NCBI GenBank assembly: GCA_977030845.1
Contig: OZ365115.1
Coordinates: forward strand, 17,484,001-17,548,000
Reading direction: 5' to 3'
Length of the DNA: 64,000 bases
Origin: Fimbriosthenelais zetlandica
Lineage: Eukaryota
A program made the translations under genes and the position numbers. Positions 28,388 through 41,586 of this stretch are shown piece after piece (position 1 is the first letter of the stretch; every line of letters begins with the position of its first letter). The notes beneath the pieces were generated by a model, which searched no databases, had not been told where the DNA came from, and saw nothing but the letters and a program-made list of their open reading frames with translations.

Positions 28388-28594
28388 TGCCGGGCCCACA
28401 CAGAGGCGAATTGCCCAGGCGATGCAGAGCGATAGTATATTTCTAGTCACACCGAATGCTTGTAATTTGGTCATGGGTTAGCCTTAGCTAGGCTTAAAGG
28501 ACTGTTAAAATTTTGCATTGGTTGTGACTAGAAATACATGTACATACTATCGCTCTGCATCGCTTGGGCAAATCGCATCTGTGTGGGCCCGGCA
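28388..28594. mobile_element. PIF/Harbinger-type (Tourist-like) MITE, 207 bp
   Basis: Long terminal inverted repeats (TIRs) tgccgggcccacacaga-ggcgaattgcccaggcgatgcagagcgatagt / actatcgctctgcatcgcttgggcaaatcgcatctgtgtgggcccggca, flanked by TAA on both sides. Confidence 0.85.
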
Positions 28595-29203
28595 TAAATC
28601 TCATCTAAATCTTCTATGGCATCTTACATCTTCCTCGATGACTCCACAGACCGATTGACCAAGATTACTCCCTAAATGAGTTAGTAACACTGTGGCGTGT
28701 GACTTTTCATTTTGGTTAAATCTGAAAGGAATTTACAATATAATGTTACTTAGCTTGTGGATATTAGATTTGTAAGTTTTAAAATGTGGGGAATTGGATG
28801 TAGGCGGTTGATTAACTTTGGCTGTAGTTGGATAGGCCATCAGGAGTTGGGGCTGGATTATTTTCACAATGGATGTGTAGGTCTCAGGTGCTTTCCCCAC
28901 CAAGCAATCATACTACAAGCTGACTACACGTTCACAAAAAGCTCCCAACTCCCTTCATATATTACCTCAATAGGTCTGTCCTCAGGTTATATTCTGATCA
29001 ACTTGATTCGTTAAAATAATGTTAATATTTTCCCTAATTATAAATTGCCTATATTTTTGTCTTAACCATGCAAGTGATTGCTAGTTGTAAAATTTATTTT
29101 ACCAACGGTATTAAGAAAGAGAATTAAAACAAATTTATTTAAATGATAGTTTTAATGTATCTGATTTACTCATACTTATGAATCTTTACTTTGTATTTTT
29201 CAG

Positions 29204-29300
29204 CGATCTCATTTTTCGAGCACGTAAACTTGATGTACGGCACAATATCAGAATATTGTACGTCAGAAGGGTGCTCCGCAATGAATGGTCCACGAAATGT
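29204..29300 (+). CDS. MOB2: MOB2 coding exon carrying the two zinc-ligand cysteines
   Basis: tttttcag|CG ATC TCA ... AAT GT|gtaagt. Translates (T)ISFFEHVNLMYGTISEYCTSEGCSAMNGPRN(V), the MOB-family FF..INL.Y.TISE.C....C..M motif. 97 nt, phases fit both neighbours. Absent from the ORF track. Confidence 0.95.
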
Positions 29301-29895
29301 GTAAGTATGACAATTTCCACATTGCTCGCCTTCCAAGATATGTGAATGTGGGTATAAAACATAACTAATGGGACCCCTGAGCTAACAGGACAGGGAAGTC
29401 ATTAAAAGAATTTGAAGCGAAGACTAGCAGATCCTTGTCATTGTCATCTCTTTAACATAAACACGAGCAGGGTAAAATATTGGAGCACTTTTTTGGTCTA
29501 TTAGGAGAGATAGCGTTAATGGCTAGACAAACGACGGCTGTAATGGAAGATAAGATGGTCTAGCGGATGGAGGACCACCACTTTCCATCAGCTACCCACT
29601 CTATATGGCTGGGCCCTGGGCTTGCTATGATCGGATGGCTGGTTTAGTTTTCTACAGGAGGGAAATTGAGGGGATGGGTGGGGAGAGGCATAAAACCCTG
29701 GAGGAACCGTAGGACCATGTCTGTGGGGGGATTATCTCCTCAATGCATGGTTCATCTATGGAGATTAGGGCAATTTTCATTGCATGGATAATCACAGGTC
29801 TTTTTGCAGCGGTGACTCTAGTGTCTATTTCTAGGAAGATTCCAATGTAGGACATAACCCAAGGATAGGAATTGATGTCTGATCATCAGTTGAGT

Positions 29896-30139
29896 AGCAT
29901 ACAATAAACTTATAAATCAAGGGACATGCTCTGTATAACATACAATATACTTATAAATCAAGGGACATGCTCTGTACAACATACAATATACTTTTAAATC
30001 AAGGGACATGCTCTGTACAGCATACGATAAACTTATAAATCAAGGAACATGCTCTGTACAGCATACAATAAACTTATAAATCAAGGGACATGCTCTGTAC
30101 AGCATACAATAAACTTATAAATCAAGGGACATGCTCTGT
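29896..30139. repeat. Minisatellite, 41 bp x about 6
   Basis: Unit agcatacaataaacttataaatcaagggacatgctctgtac, head-to-tail without spacers. Confidence 0.95.
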
Positions 30140-31699
30140 AAACTATATACTAGACAGAGCTAACATATTGGATCGAGCATGGTTTTCAGGAGCAAAGACT
30201 AATAGTCGACTCCGGGGAAATGAGCACTAAACCATAAGCTACTGAAGTGTTAAAAGCTTCCGGCTCTGCATTATATTTGATATACTCAACATCTGTGTTA
30301 GCATCTCTAGCATTTAAAGAGAGCCTGTTATAGTATAGTGCTATGGGACTCAATAACCAAATTGGTTACAGCAGAGTCTACCAGGAGATATAATGACTGT
30401 CTAAGTGGAAAGTTAGAATAGATACCTTACACTTGTAATACTTTAACTATTTAAAACTCTGCTACCATTCCCGGGGATGTTTTGCATTGATGTAAAGTAG
30501 TAGAATCTTCCCTATTGCTCATAATTTTAATCAAATCTATTCATAAAAAAAGGTTGGTATTCACCCTTGCCAGTTAAGGGATGGAGAAGCTGTAATGAGC
30601 CAGCCTCCTTTGATGTCATTCCCACACGGAAGATGCTAGAATATCAAAGCATTGTCTACCATTGCTGGTTGGTGTCAGGTGAAGAATGCAGTTCCTGCTT
30701 ATCATGCAGAAAATGCTGTTCGGTATATATGGCAATAGATCTGATATTATGATTTATGACTGTATGCATATTATATACCCAGTTTTCTAAAATAAATCAC
30801 TACTTCATATGACAATGCCGAAATTCCCAGCTGTAATTTTACCAGGATTCTTATAACAGTGTGGAATGAGAAATGGCATTCATAGCATCAACGATAACTC
30901 TTCATATTGGAATTAGTTCAAGGCAATTCTGCAGGATGATGATTAGTAAAGGCCATGTAATATAACCATGCATAATGAACCTTATGCAACCATGCATAAT
31001 GGACCTCATGCAATTTATCTGCTAATCTGAGATAAAATGACAGTATAGTTGGATGTGTATGGAGCTTTGGGCTAGTTCCGCACCCTCCATTGGGAAGATT
31101 ACACCAATTAATTGACCAAGTCCTGCTTGCGTCATTTATCGTCATTCTTCTATGGCAATACGAGGTCCTAAAGGTGTGGCTCCACTGCTGCGACCGTGCT
31201 TGAGACACCACAGCGACAAAGGTGATGCAGGTGTTAGAGGAACTCTACCAGTGGAGGACCACCTTAAGGCCTTAGACAATTCAAATAAAATTTATGAATT
31301 TGTTGCGACACAAGCATCACCTTTTTCGCTGTAGTGTCGCAAGAACTGTCGCAGAAGTGGGGTCCCAATTTAGTGGTCACTGTCGTAATAATCACTGTCC
31401 TTATAGCTTCTTGGATAATGAAGAAAATGGAGATTGTCCATATATATATAGTCTAAGCAAATGGGAGTATCCGCTTGCAGCTCGCTGGGTTGGTTTCCTC
31501 AATGCCTTCTGCTCTCTCTGCACTCATTGAACTTGTCCTACCATTGCCACGTGTCAATACACCTTAGGGCAGTGCCTCATGTTGCTGCCTCTGCTTTGGC
31601 TGCTTTGCTTTGGAGAATCTGAAGGTTGGTGCAGTAGGTTCAAACCTATCTGCTACCATAATGTCACATTTAATTTAATAAAAATCTCTTAACTCTGCA

Positions 31700-31932
31700 G
31701 AAGGGTGTAATTTCGTTTGAACAAATTGCATAGCAATTTTTGGTTATGCGAGTTGATTTTGAATCTCAATCAAAATCCAATTAAGCGATTTTGAGTCGCA
31801 ATTTGTCTTTGGCCACCTGAAGAATGCAGATAACATCTATCGTAAAAATTGCGATGTCCATTTGATTTTGTATAGAAAATACATCAAATTATATCGCAAA
31901 ATGCGATGTGATACCGGGTAAATTGTACCCTG
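31700..31932. mobile_element. MITE family A copy
   Basis: aagggtgtaattt...gataccgggtaaattgtaccctg, colinear with 4389-4613. Confidence 0.7.
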
Positions 31933-33482
31933 TTGCATTGTCTACCTTAACATTTAGTAAAATTTTATATTAGCCATGATTAATTTCACCACAAAACCTG
32001 GGTGAGGAATTTCGATCATTTTGATGAAAATCTGCCTCTAAGCAGGACATTTAAATCTTCTCATGTATGGGAAGTGTGTTTGGCATTTCGCTTAACAAGA
32101 AAGTGAAGTGGGGTAATGGGGTTTAGGTATGGGTGAAGGGGTTGGAGCTGCTCTGAGCTCCGAGCAGATCAAGACTCCACGCCTTGAAATAGGTCGGCGA
32201 AATGTTAGGTCATGCTCACGTTTTCAAAGGTCAAGAACCTGATTTATGAAATTGGAATTGGGACGAGGTTAACCTTAAGATCAAATGTTTGTACTTGAGT
32301 GATATACATGGAAGTCGGTCATTTGGGCAAAATAATCATGGCTTCGAGATTTTTGTGAGACAAAGAAAAGACCTTGTTTAGAATGCACTGCTCTCCTTTG
32401 TGACAGTTTGTCTATACCGCCATTCTTCAGCAGAGAATATGAAGGGGAAAATATCATTATTTTCTACTTTTCTGGCGCCCACTTCCTCGTAAATATGATG
32501 AAATCTGGCCAGGAAACCATGGACGATGGAAGAAGCCATCCGAGAAGCCACTTGCCATGTCTGGCACGCCCTTCGTGACTGGGCATGTGGTTTTGCAGCC
32601 CGCCTCTGGCCTCTATATTAATATTTGTGCAGAAGGCTATGGCAGTTTGCATGCACCTATATATCCACAGGGTCCTGTCAATAATAAATTAGTCCTAAAA
32701 CCTCTCGGGGCAAATGGCTTTCTGAGGACTAGGTATATACAAATGGATATTCAGTATGCATGGGGTGTGTTAGGGCCGTATGGCTTTGTATATTGGCTTG
32801 GCCATGGTTGACATCTACTTCATGCATTTACACCAAGATATATGGCCACATGTATTGCTGCATATAATAAATGGCAGTGATGGATTTTCTTCCTATTGGA
32901 TGCCTTTTGATCAACTAGATCCAGGCACGGCAGAGAGAGTTGTATTATGTCGGTCCAGTCAATTGAGGAAGGAATGAAATGACTATAAAGGCTATTGAAG
33001 GTACATTGACTAGTTAAGCTATGATCAGACTTATAGCCTTGCGGCTACAATTCATGGTGCTGAAAAATCCCTATTGACGCCTGCCCCGGTCTTCTTACGT
33101 AGAACGTTAACAATACCAGACCTCAAGTCAGACTTCACTGAAGAACATTCCTCTTATATTTTTATCCTGAGCCGGATTGCATTATGTGGACTTTCTCAGC
33201 ATTTTCTACTCAGACAATCAAGGTTTTCAGGGGATTCTGGGACAATTGATTCCGCTGCCAGCTCCCACCAGGGCCGACTGGCAGTGTTTTGTGAACGGAA
33301 TGGAACATATTTGAAGAGGCGGTGTAATTAAATCAGTGCTGGGTTTCAGCCAAATGGCCAGCAATTCTATCTCTTGGTGACATACGATAGGAACAAGCCA
33401 TGATGGAGCAAGTCGCCTATGTGTATATAGATTAGAAAATCCAAGCAGAAAAGGCAATCTCTGTTCTGAGTTATTTTTTATA

Positions 33483-33790
33483 TAATTCTCGGAAAAATGC
33501 ATTGTAGAGGATGCCTTAGATGACCTCCAACAACTACAATATGATTTGAATTATAACACTCTTAGAGGAAATATCAGTATTTCAGAAACTCGAGGGATAG
33601 TCAATATTTGAGACCACATGTATTTACTTATGTGTTTTATTTTTATGTCAATCTCGAATAAATACATTGCAATTCCTCTGACTTAGATGACTTCTAACAA
33701 CTACAATATGATTTAAATTATGACATTTCTTAGAGGAAGTATCAGTATTTCAGAAACTCGGGGGAGAGTCACTAGTTGACACCATGTGTA
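33483..33790. repeat. Diverged tandem duplication, 167-bp offset
   Basis: cttagatgac(c/t)tc(c/t)aacaactacaatatgattt...cagtatttcagaaactcg at 33515 and 33682. Confidence 0.85.
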
Positions 33791-36700
33791 TTATTAACCT
33801 TTCTTGGGCTGGGCTGGGTGGGCTGCACCTTCCTTATCTCTCATTGCACAGGCTGAGAACCTGTGGGCAGGTTGAGATGGCTCCTGGACTATATTTATAG
33901 TACGTCTCTTGGTTTATTTGCTGGGAAATGGTGTGTTGATGTGTTGGATGAAGCTCCAGGCATAGGTGACTGACCCTGGATACTGTGGGTGGACATGTGA
34001 CACATCTCAGTCCAGTCGTGGAGGGGGTCTTTCTGGAATTAGCCTATTAGACTGAAAGATTGAGATACCGCAATACGAAACCTGCGAATGGTGTCAATGT
34101 ACATTCCCCCGTGGCTCCCCTATGGTTGTATTTAGATTACTGGTTTATTTGTCTTATCATATAGCAATGTATTGTCTTGTTGGATATATGTGTGGCTTTC
34201 CAGAGATGAGCAACAATTACATAGTCGTGCCAGATTCGATAAGGCATTTACATTATTTTGTCATTTGATCAGTTTGAAAATGATTGCTAACCATGCAAAA
34301 GATCACTGCTTGAGACTGACAGGCACGCAGAAATATAGTATCTTGTGGACTATCATCTTACACTCATCCCTTGACATGTGTTTCATGTAACAAGCATGCA
34401 TGCTTGGTATAGAAGCCTCAAGGCCAGAACCTTGCCTTCAGGGTTCATATGAGGATTACGATAGACCTCCATAACAAGCAGTTATTACTGCACATCATTA
34501 TTTTCTCTGCTGTATAAAACTTGCCTGCAAATTTGTACTGGACTGAGTTATTTGTTCTGAATTGGAGAGGAATCATGCTATGTATAGAAACTAATTACCA
34601 TCGTATTGATGATTTTAAAGTAATTATCATCGAATTATATAATTTCTCCACGGGTGTGAAGGTGGCCTGAGGTAACTCGGTTATAACTATTGATAGTTGA
34701 CCAGCGGTTTTGTAACTTGATCTCGCCTCATTTTCCACCAATCCATACCAGTACGGCCTGACACTCGACCTCTCTCATACCTCCTCCAGTTCTCATTGCT
34801 AATTCATCCAGTCATTACATTTCCCTACTAATGCCACATGTTTGTCCCAGTTGAAACCCAATATATATTTTAATAATGGCTCCTGACAATTAGAGAAATC
34901 TTAGAGTAATGTTCATTTTACTCTTAAGGAGAAATACAAATGCGTATGCTTATGAAGACATGAGGAATGAAGACAAAAGACGAGTCATGTTTTTCATTTA
35001 GTCCGTCTTCACTTTCCCGTCAGGAACATGATAAATCAAATGTTGGATGACTGCAAGAACAGGTTAAGCAATTGCTCAGACTTGCAACCTTTGCCAAGTG
35101 AGCACTTGATTTTGTGAGTTGGCATTTTCCTCAGAGCACAACTCTGTTTTTCTCTCTGCCCTTAGACGGATAATTTGTCCAGAAGGCGAGACAGTCGCAG
35201 GAGTGTGTCTTGTAATGAGGCTCAGCGGAAGCTTGACTGTAACCAGAGTGGCCACACTTCTCCATGGTAACTGATTATGTCTCACTGCACAAAATTTGTC
35301 ATTATGTGTGACTTCATAAGGTTGTTTACCCGATGGTGTGGGTCTACATGGTGTCTAAAGTGTTAGATTGATAAGAGTTGGCTTTTCTGGAAGCTCATGT
35401 ATATGCGCGTAGGATAGGAAAAGTTGCTCTGGAATCGGGACAATTTTGGTTGCGTAAATCAAGTTAATTCCAGGAATTTTTAAGTTTAATAATTTAATCG
35501 TGCTGATTCGAAATTTCATCATGATTTCTGATCTTTTATAGATAGCCACATCATTTTTCAAGAAGACATTTTCCAGCTATCAGAGCAACCTAATCCTAAT
35601 GAATGAAAAAAAATCCCCCAGTCTGAGGAGAAATAAATCTGAGATTTTCTTGGAATATCTCATGCTATGTCTACACAGGCAGTCTTCTGATGACCCAGTG
35701 GACACCTTGGGGGTCTTGTCAACTGACCCCATCCTCCTCCCACTCCCCCACCTCCCACACCTCTCCCACCTGGGTCCTTATAGCTCGCGAGTAGCTGCTC
35801 CCCCAAGGGTTCTGGGGAATCCTGGTGAGGAGGGGGATTGATGGAAAGTGTCACCCTAACCGCAGGTTCATTAGAGTGCTCCCCAAAATAACCTCCACCA
35901 CTGACAAGGATGTATGGGAGGAGGCAGTCTAAGGTATTTCAGAGCCGTATTTCAACTGAGCACTGTTTTGACATGTTTTTGTGCTCCTAAAAATAAGATG
36001 GAGTATATTATAGCTCAGATATGTCCATAGAAAGATCATAAAGATCAAATTATGGTATGTTACATTGGTCAATCAATGCCTGAGAAGCTCAGGTAATAAA
36101 ATCTGAGTAACTCTTTCCCGCTCCATCAGATATAGCCCAGCATAAGGAGTTTTACATTTGGCCTGGATTAACCTTCTGTAACCTCAGGGACGCAGGACTC
36201 ATTTCCTGGAGGAAATGAGAAGAGATTTTCATTTTCCTGGAGGGGATGAATTTAGGGTCGGGGAGTTAACCAAGAGGCTAATGATAATCACCTTATGGGC
36301 ATATAGTATATTAGAAAGTGTGGAGGCGGTTTCTATTTTAAGTACATGGGAGATGTATAGGTTTCGGTGTATATAAAAGTGACCCTTGTGGACAGACAGT
36401 GCCCTTTATGAACTCTTGACATGTGTTCGTGAACCCATATTTCACCCTGATCCATCCACTCTCAACTCACCACTCCTATCCCACGGCTCTTCCATGGATC
36501 GTTCAGGATTGGAAGTTCAACTTGCAATTAGCACTCAGCTTTTCGAGGCTCTTCCCATCACCAAGATCCTGTTCCTGAATAATTTCCTGCAGGGGTAAAG
36601 TGCCTTCTGCCATTACATCTGAAGTGAATGCGAATGAGCTTCCAAAGAATTTCCAATTCGATTTTATTGATATCTGGTAACAGTCCAAGATTTCAGGCAG

Positions 36701-39144
36701 AGAAAGAAGTCATTGACAAGACATTGGTTACCATGCGGGTGGGACAAGTAAAGACGGAGAGCCAGAAACAAAATGTGCTCGGCATGGACAAAGGTTGCCG
36801 AGAAACTGTGAAGAACTATGCATGGCTTCACACTTTTTTAGTCGAGTCTTTCTTTTCTCTCTCTCTCGCTGAAATAATAAATTTCACTTCTTGAATCCGC
36901 AAATCTTTCCCAGGCATGAAGTCATTTCGTATCTTTGTCATCTGTATGTGGAGATATAGATTGATAAGGCTCCGTGGATGTCAGATCATTTCCCGATGAT
37001 GGATCACCCAATCGTGCTTTAAATAAAAACATTGAATGAAAGGAAAGAATTAAAAAGAGAAGGCTCGGGAGGTAGATCTTTCTTCCTGCATTAATGGGGA
37101 GGGTGTGGAGCGGGGTTATCTGGAGCTTGGTCGTGGCGCCTATAGTTGTTTGGGAGGACATGCAATGTAGAGCTTACATGTTGTCTATTTGTCATGGCTT
37201 TGACTGCAGCTCTAATGCTTATAATCTACAAGGCGCCCATCGGGTTCTAGAACTTTTATTCAATTAAAAGTATGGATCTATAGGATTAGGAGCTCAGGCA
37301 AGGTTAGACTTGCGCAAGTCTTTGATTGTTTTATTTTCTTAAAACTTACCTTTCCCATCTCGACTGAAGAATCAAACCTAGGACCCTTCATACGAGGGGG
37401 TTTAGAGGAGGGAATTGTCTATTATATGGACGAGCGCTCGTCTAGCAAGAAGTGAAATAGGCTCACTGTTTGAAACAGTCGCGTGTTTAGATCTATGCAA
37501 ATATTGGTATCCAGAATTGTTCCGAATACAATCATTAGATAATTCAGACAATTGAAGCTGTTTTCTCATTCATGTTACCATAATGGGTGGAAGACACTTA
37601 GCTTAGGTAGCTACTATTAACATTACATGTATTGTCCAGCTGTTCCTAGAAAACACATAATAAGGCCAGGGTCTGTTGTGTTGAGGTCTAACTCCTGGTA
37701 GGCCCTATGATCATATAGCCTGAAGGCACATTGCACGCATGCCCCGGGGGCCCGACTCCTCCACCACCACCACCACCAGCCTTTGTGGTCTCATAAAGTC
37801 TGTAATGATAGACTAATCAAGCAATTATAACATGCTTCTCCTTCCCAGCTGTTTCCCAAACATTGCTCACGACATATGCGTTACTCCTGGGAAGGTCAGA
37901 GTCGGGTCAAACCATGGAGGAAGCTAGCAGGAGGGGGGCTCCCAGCGTGGGTGTGTATCCGTGCCATATGCTCCAGGGTAACATCAGATATACCCCCCAC
38001 TCCTCCTCCCCCTAGTGAGAGGGGCCTTCTTCCTGTCAGAAGATTCCTTGACCTTTCCACTGGAGTAGGTCTGCTTTCCCAAGGTCCTGTTGAAGGTCAC
38101 TTAGTGCGTATTGGATTGGTCAGTTTTCACTTGGTGATTGAGCTTTCATTGCTTATACAGTTAGCGGCTATTCACTGCCCATCGAGATTGATTTTAATTT
38201 TGTGTAATTTAAAATTGTGAATTGAAAATTTTGTGCTAGTTATTAATGATAAATGTTGATGGAAACTGGGTCCATCCTCTCAGTTCCCAGGAAACTTACA
38301 TGGTAACTGTATCTCATTTCTTATCGGTCTTATTTCGAAAAGTATTTTTCTCTAATGGGATCTGACAATGTACTGACTTAAAACATTATTCTCACACTTC
38401 CCTAAGGGCTTTCTTGGGGCCAGAATAAATTGGCATGGGCAAAACCTCCGGTGCACTTGTTAACAGTGAGTCTGTGATCTGCCGTTTCTGACTGCTCCAC
38501 ACACGATGTCGGCTGACCTTTCTTACGTCAAGGTTATACAACATGGAGCCGCTTTTAGCAGATTGCAGATGAGTGGCCACACTTCTGGGAACATCTGGAA
38601 CAACTGATGCTTTTAAAATGTTTCTCTCTGGCTTATCAATGAGTAATGAACATACTGACCTTTGCCTTTCCCACGATGGTCCAGACTCTATATGTAATTG
38701 CCTGAAACATCTCCCAGTGTGGCCGAGCTAGTGGAAATCAATGGTGGTATGTGCCAATAAATGGGATGGGAGAATTACTTGGAGGGACTGGTGGGAATTA
38801 AAGCACAGGCCTCCTTAAAATTATCCCTTCACCTATAAGGTCAGGTATCGATCCGGGGATATGCATCTTCTGGCCATTATCTATCAAGCAAAGGTTGGCG
38901 CCTCTTGTCTCTGCTTCGCACCTTCCATCATATATCCTACGTTTTGGATAATAACTAATGAACAAATTTCTTTTCAAATACGTAGTACTATATGGTGGCA
39001 AGATGTAAAAGAAAGAAATATAAAGATGCCAGTGTTTTGAGTGACCGAGTTCTACTGCTCTTGCTTGGAAGTGATAGAAAGTTATTGTGATGGAAAAGAA
39101 TTACACTTGAGCTGCTTTTTTCAAAGACTTCCCCTTGACGCCTA

Positions 39145-39312
39145 ACAAGCCCGCCCTCTATGTGACTTTTCCCCCTCATAAACCTCGAGTAGCACGTGAT
39201 TTCCGGTTTGCCCAAGCGCCACTTCCGGTAAGGACTGAGACTAACCACGTGTCTTGAGTGCCCCCACCACCCCCCGGCACGATGAAAGGTGGTGTTGAAA
39301 GTTGGCCAATTG
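39145..39312. promoter_or_regulatory. Promoter-like motif cluster inside MOB2 intron 3
   Basis: GC box CCCGCCC 39150-56, CACGTG 39193-98 and 39246-51, ETS-type TTCCGG 39201-06, CACTTCCGGT 39220-29, CCAAT 39306-10. Locally CpG-rich. Confidence 0.5.
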
Positions 39313-40204
39313 AAAGCTACTGATATATTGAGATGAAAATGTCTGAAATTGGTGCCTATTTCAGCTGAGAATCTGTATGGTTGTTCCATTTTCCCTACCA
39401 TCTTTTTGCATTGTAAGGCCACCTTTTGAGAGAACTTTCGCATGACATTACTGAAAATAATCTCATCTGTTTCTATGATATGAATGGAGGAAAATATGAC
39501 ATATGGGATGCTGCTTCTATATACCCAAGCCCATTCACACGGCTACATCCTATATAATGGGTATGGGTTTGCCATGTATGGGCCCACCGTGACTGAAATG
39601 CCTCTATATCAGCCCTATACCCAGCAAGCAATACAGATACCTTATTGCATTCTGGTAAAGGCAATGTGCTCGTATAAATGGGTTTTCCTTGCAGCCCACA
39701 TCTTGCACTGCTAGCTCTGAATACACAGTAAAGAAAACGTATAGACCACCTATGCAGCTGTACTCTATTCACGACCACTTGATGGTGTATTGAACCTACA
39801 TTCACCAAACAAATTTCCTTTCAACTAACACAACTGAGGACATTTTAAACCATTTAACCTATGTTTTTAATCAATAAAAACAAGCTATCTATCGAGACAG
39901 TTCACTATATGATATCGAGTCAAATATTTTGAGCTGTTCAGCAAGTAGGAAGAGACTATAGATCTTGTTGACTTGAGGTGGGCCTCCCTGCTGGGATGAC
40001 GATTGCCTTGCATTGCTGGCCTTCTAAGATTTTGTTTTCTTTCTGTCACTGATCTCTGCTCTTGAGTCCAGGGCTCTTTGATAACTTAACCCCTCGACTG
40101 TCATGAGATTCTCTCAACCTTAGTGGTCAGAGGATCTTATCAAAACATTCCACTTCTATTGGCATCCGACTGGGATCATTCCAAAATATATTTCATAACA
40201 TCAA

Positions 40205-40219
40205 TGCCACCTAGTGGCG
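40205..40219 (-). promoter_or_regulatory. CTCF-like motif
   Basis: The minus strand reads CGCCACTAGGTGGCA, a close match to the CTCF core. Motif evidence only. Confidence 0.45.
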
Positions 40220-41318
40220 ATTAGCGAGACTAAATGAGATGTTAAGGTTTTCTATCCTTTGAATGCCTCAGGAAGCTCATGATTTTTTCTGGAATTTCTA
40301 TATATTGAAGCCTTGCTGTGAAGCACATGCAGTATGATGGTATCTTAGATAAGGTTTGTTGTTCTTTCAGGGCTTATGACTATACCATCGGTATATCTGG
40401 TGGTACACAGCAACAGCTTTTATTTAGATTATATTCGCCGGTTCAGGGTGTCTTTTACATTAACACAAAATCATTGTCTACAAGTATATGGTTTATAGAT
40501 TATCAGTAAAGGAACGAAGTATATGCACTACTGAGACACAAGATAAGATTTGTCTCTTAGAAAATTTGATTTGTGCCTGAACGAGTTCCTTTATCACAAG
40601 ACTAACGTGCATCTGATTATTAGTGTAAATAGGTCTGAGATCAGATCTAAAGAGCTTTTGTACTTGATGTTCTGTTGTATCTATTCTATTGAACGTTCTT
40701 GGTAGCTCTAGTTTGGAATTGAACACTGGGATTGAGGCCTTGCTATGAGAGACCTCCCATGGATCTATTATGTATAAATAACTGATGGCATTGTCTCTAT
40801 GTATAATTATATTTATGCTAGATCCAGTAATCACTTACGTAAATGGAATTAGGTAACATTTTCCTCATGATTTGTAGGCCTGCTATTGTCTCTTACTAGC
40901 AGTCCTTTGTTTCAAAGATAGAATAGTGAGTATAAATTATGCTGAAAGAAATGCTGTAAACCCAGATCAAGTATGAACCTGTTTCCAGAAATCATTCCCA
41001 GTTCTCATGGTAATGTTTATCCATATCATCCCCGAGGACTATCGGGGATATTTAGTTTATTTTCCTGGCGATATGTTTAATCCATTACCATAACATTGGG
41101 CTACAGACCTGCCCATACAATTTCCCACAGGTTATAGGGGTCACTAGGCTATTTCTAAGGAGGTGCAGGGAAAACCCTGTATTTCAGGAATCTCATATAT
41201 AACCTTGCTGTCTTTATTGAATGTCTTATTTGAATATAATTGTATGTTGTACTCAAATTGGAATGTGAAAGAATGTAAACGATTTTCTCACCTAATGTTG
41301 CATTGTTTTCTTCTGCAG

Positions 41319-41443
41319 ACAATACATGTGGTTCGATGAGAAGGGAAAGAAATGTAAGTGTGCAGCACCGCAATATGTAGACTATGTGATGACCTTCTCT
41401 CAAAAAACTATACAAGATGAGGCCATCTTCCCTTGCAAATATG
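41319..41443 (+). CDS. MOB2: MOB2 coding exon
   Basis: ttctgcag|A CAA TAC ... TAT G|gtaagt. Translates QYMWFDEKGKKCKCAAPQYVDYVMTFSQKTIQDEAIFPCKY, which is MOB2-type (Y.W.DE.GKK.KC.APQYVD.VM). 125 nt. Confidence 0.96.
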
Positions 41444-41586
41444 GTAAGTGAATATTTCTTTCTTCTTGCATATAAAAATGTATAAATTCGTGTTGTTAGA
41501 TCTTGATATGAGACTTTCTGAATGTATGATTTTGTGTTGGTACCGTAAGAAGCTTCCTTTACTCATGCTCTTTTCTTTAATTCCAG

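Noticed and set aside
29896-30139. CRISPR-like array
   Set aside because: The units are contiguous with no unique spacers, there are no cas genes, and the context is a eukaryotic intron.
26600-31640. Faint CR1/L2-like peptide echoes (near 26650 and NLQILQSKAAK near 31610, minus strand)
   Set aside because: Only a few residues match. They may be ancient LINE debris but cannot be supported by eye.
38390-38700. hAT dimerisation domain or DIRS relic (minus frame FPEVWPLICNLLKAAP...ERS)
   Set aside because: Motif spacing does not fit hAT, and the DIRS reading needs a frameshift and substitutions. Too weak without a profile search.
41448-41586. N-terminal 46 aa of the 196-aa ORF as coding
   Set aside because: It lies within the gtaagt...ttccag intron between two MOB2 exons.
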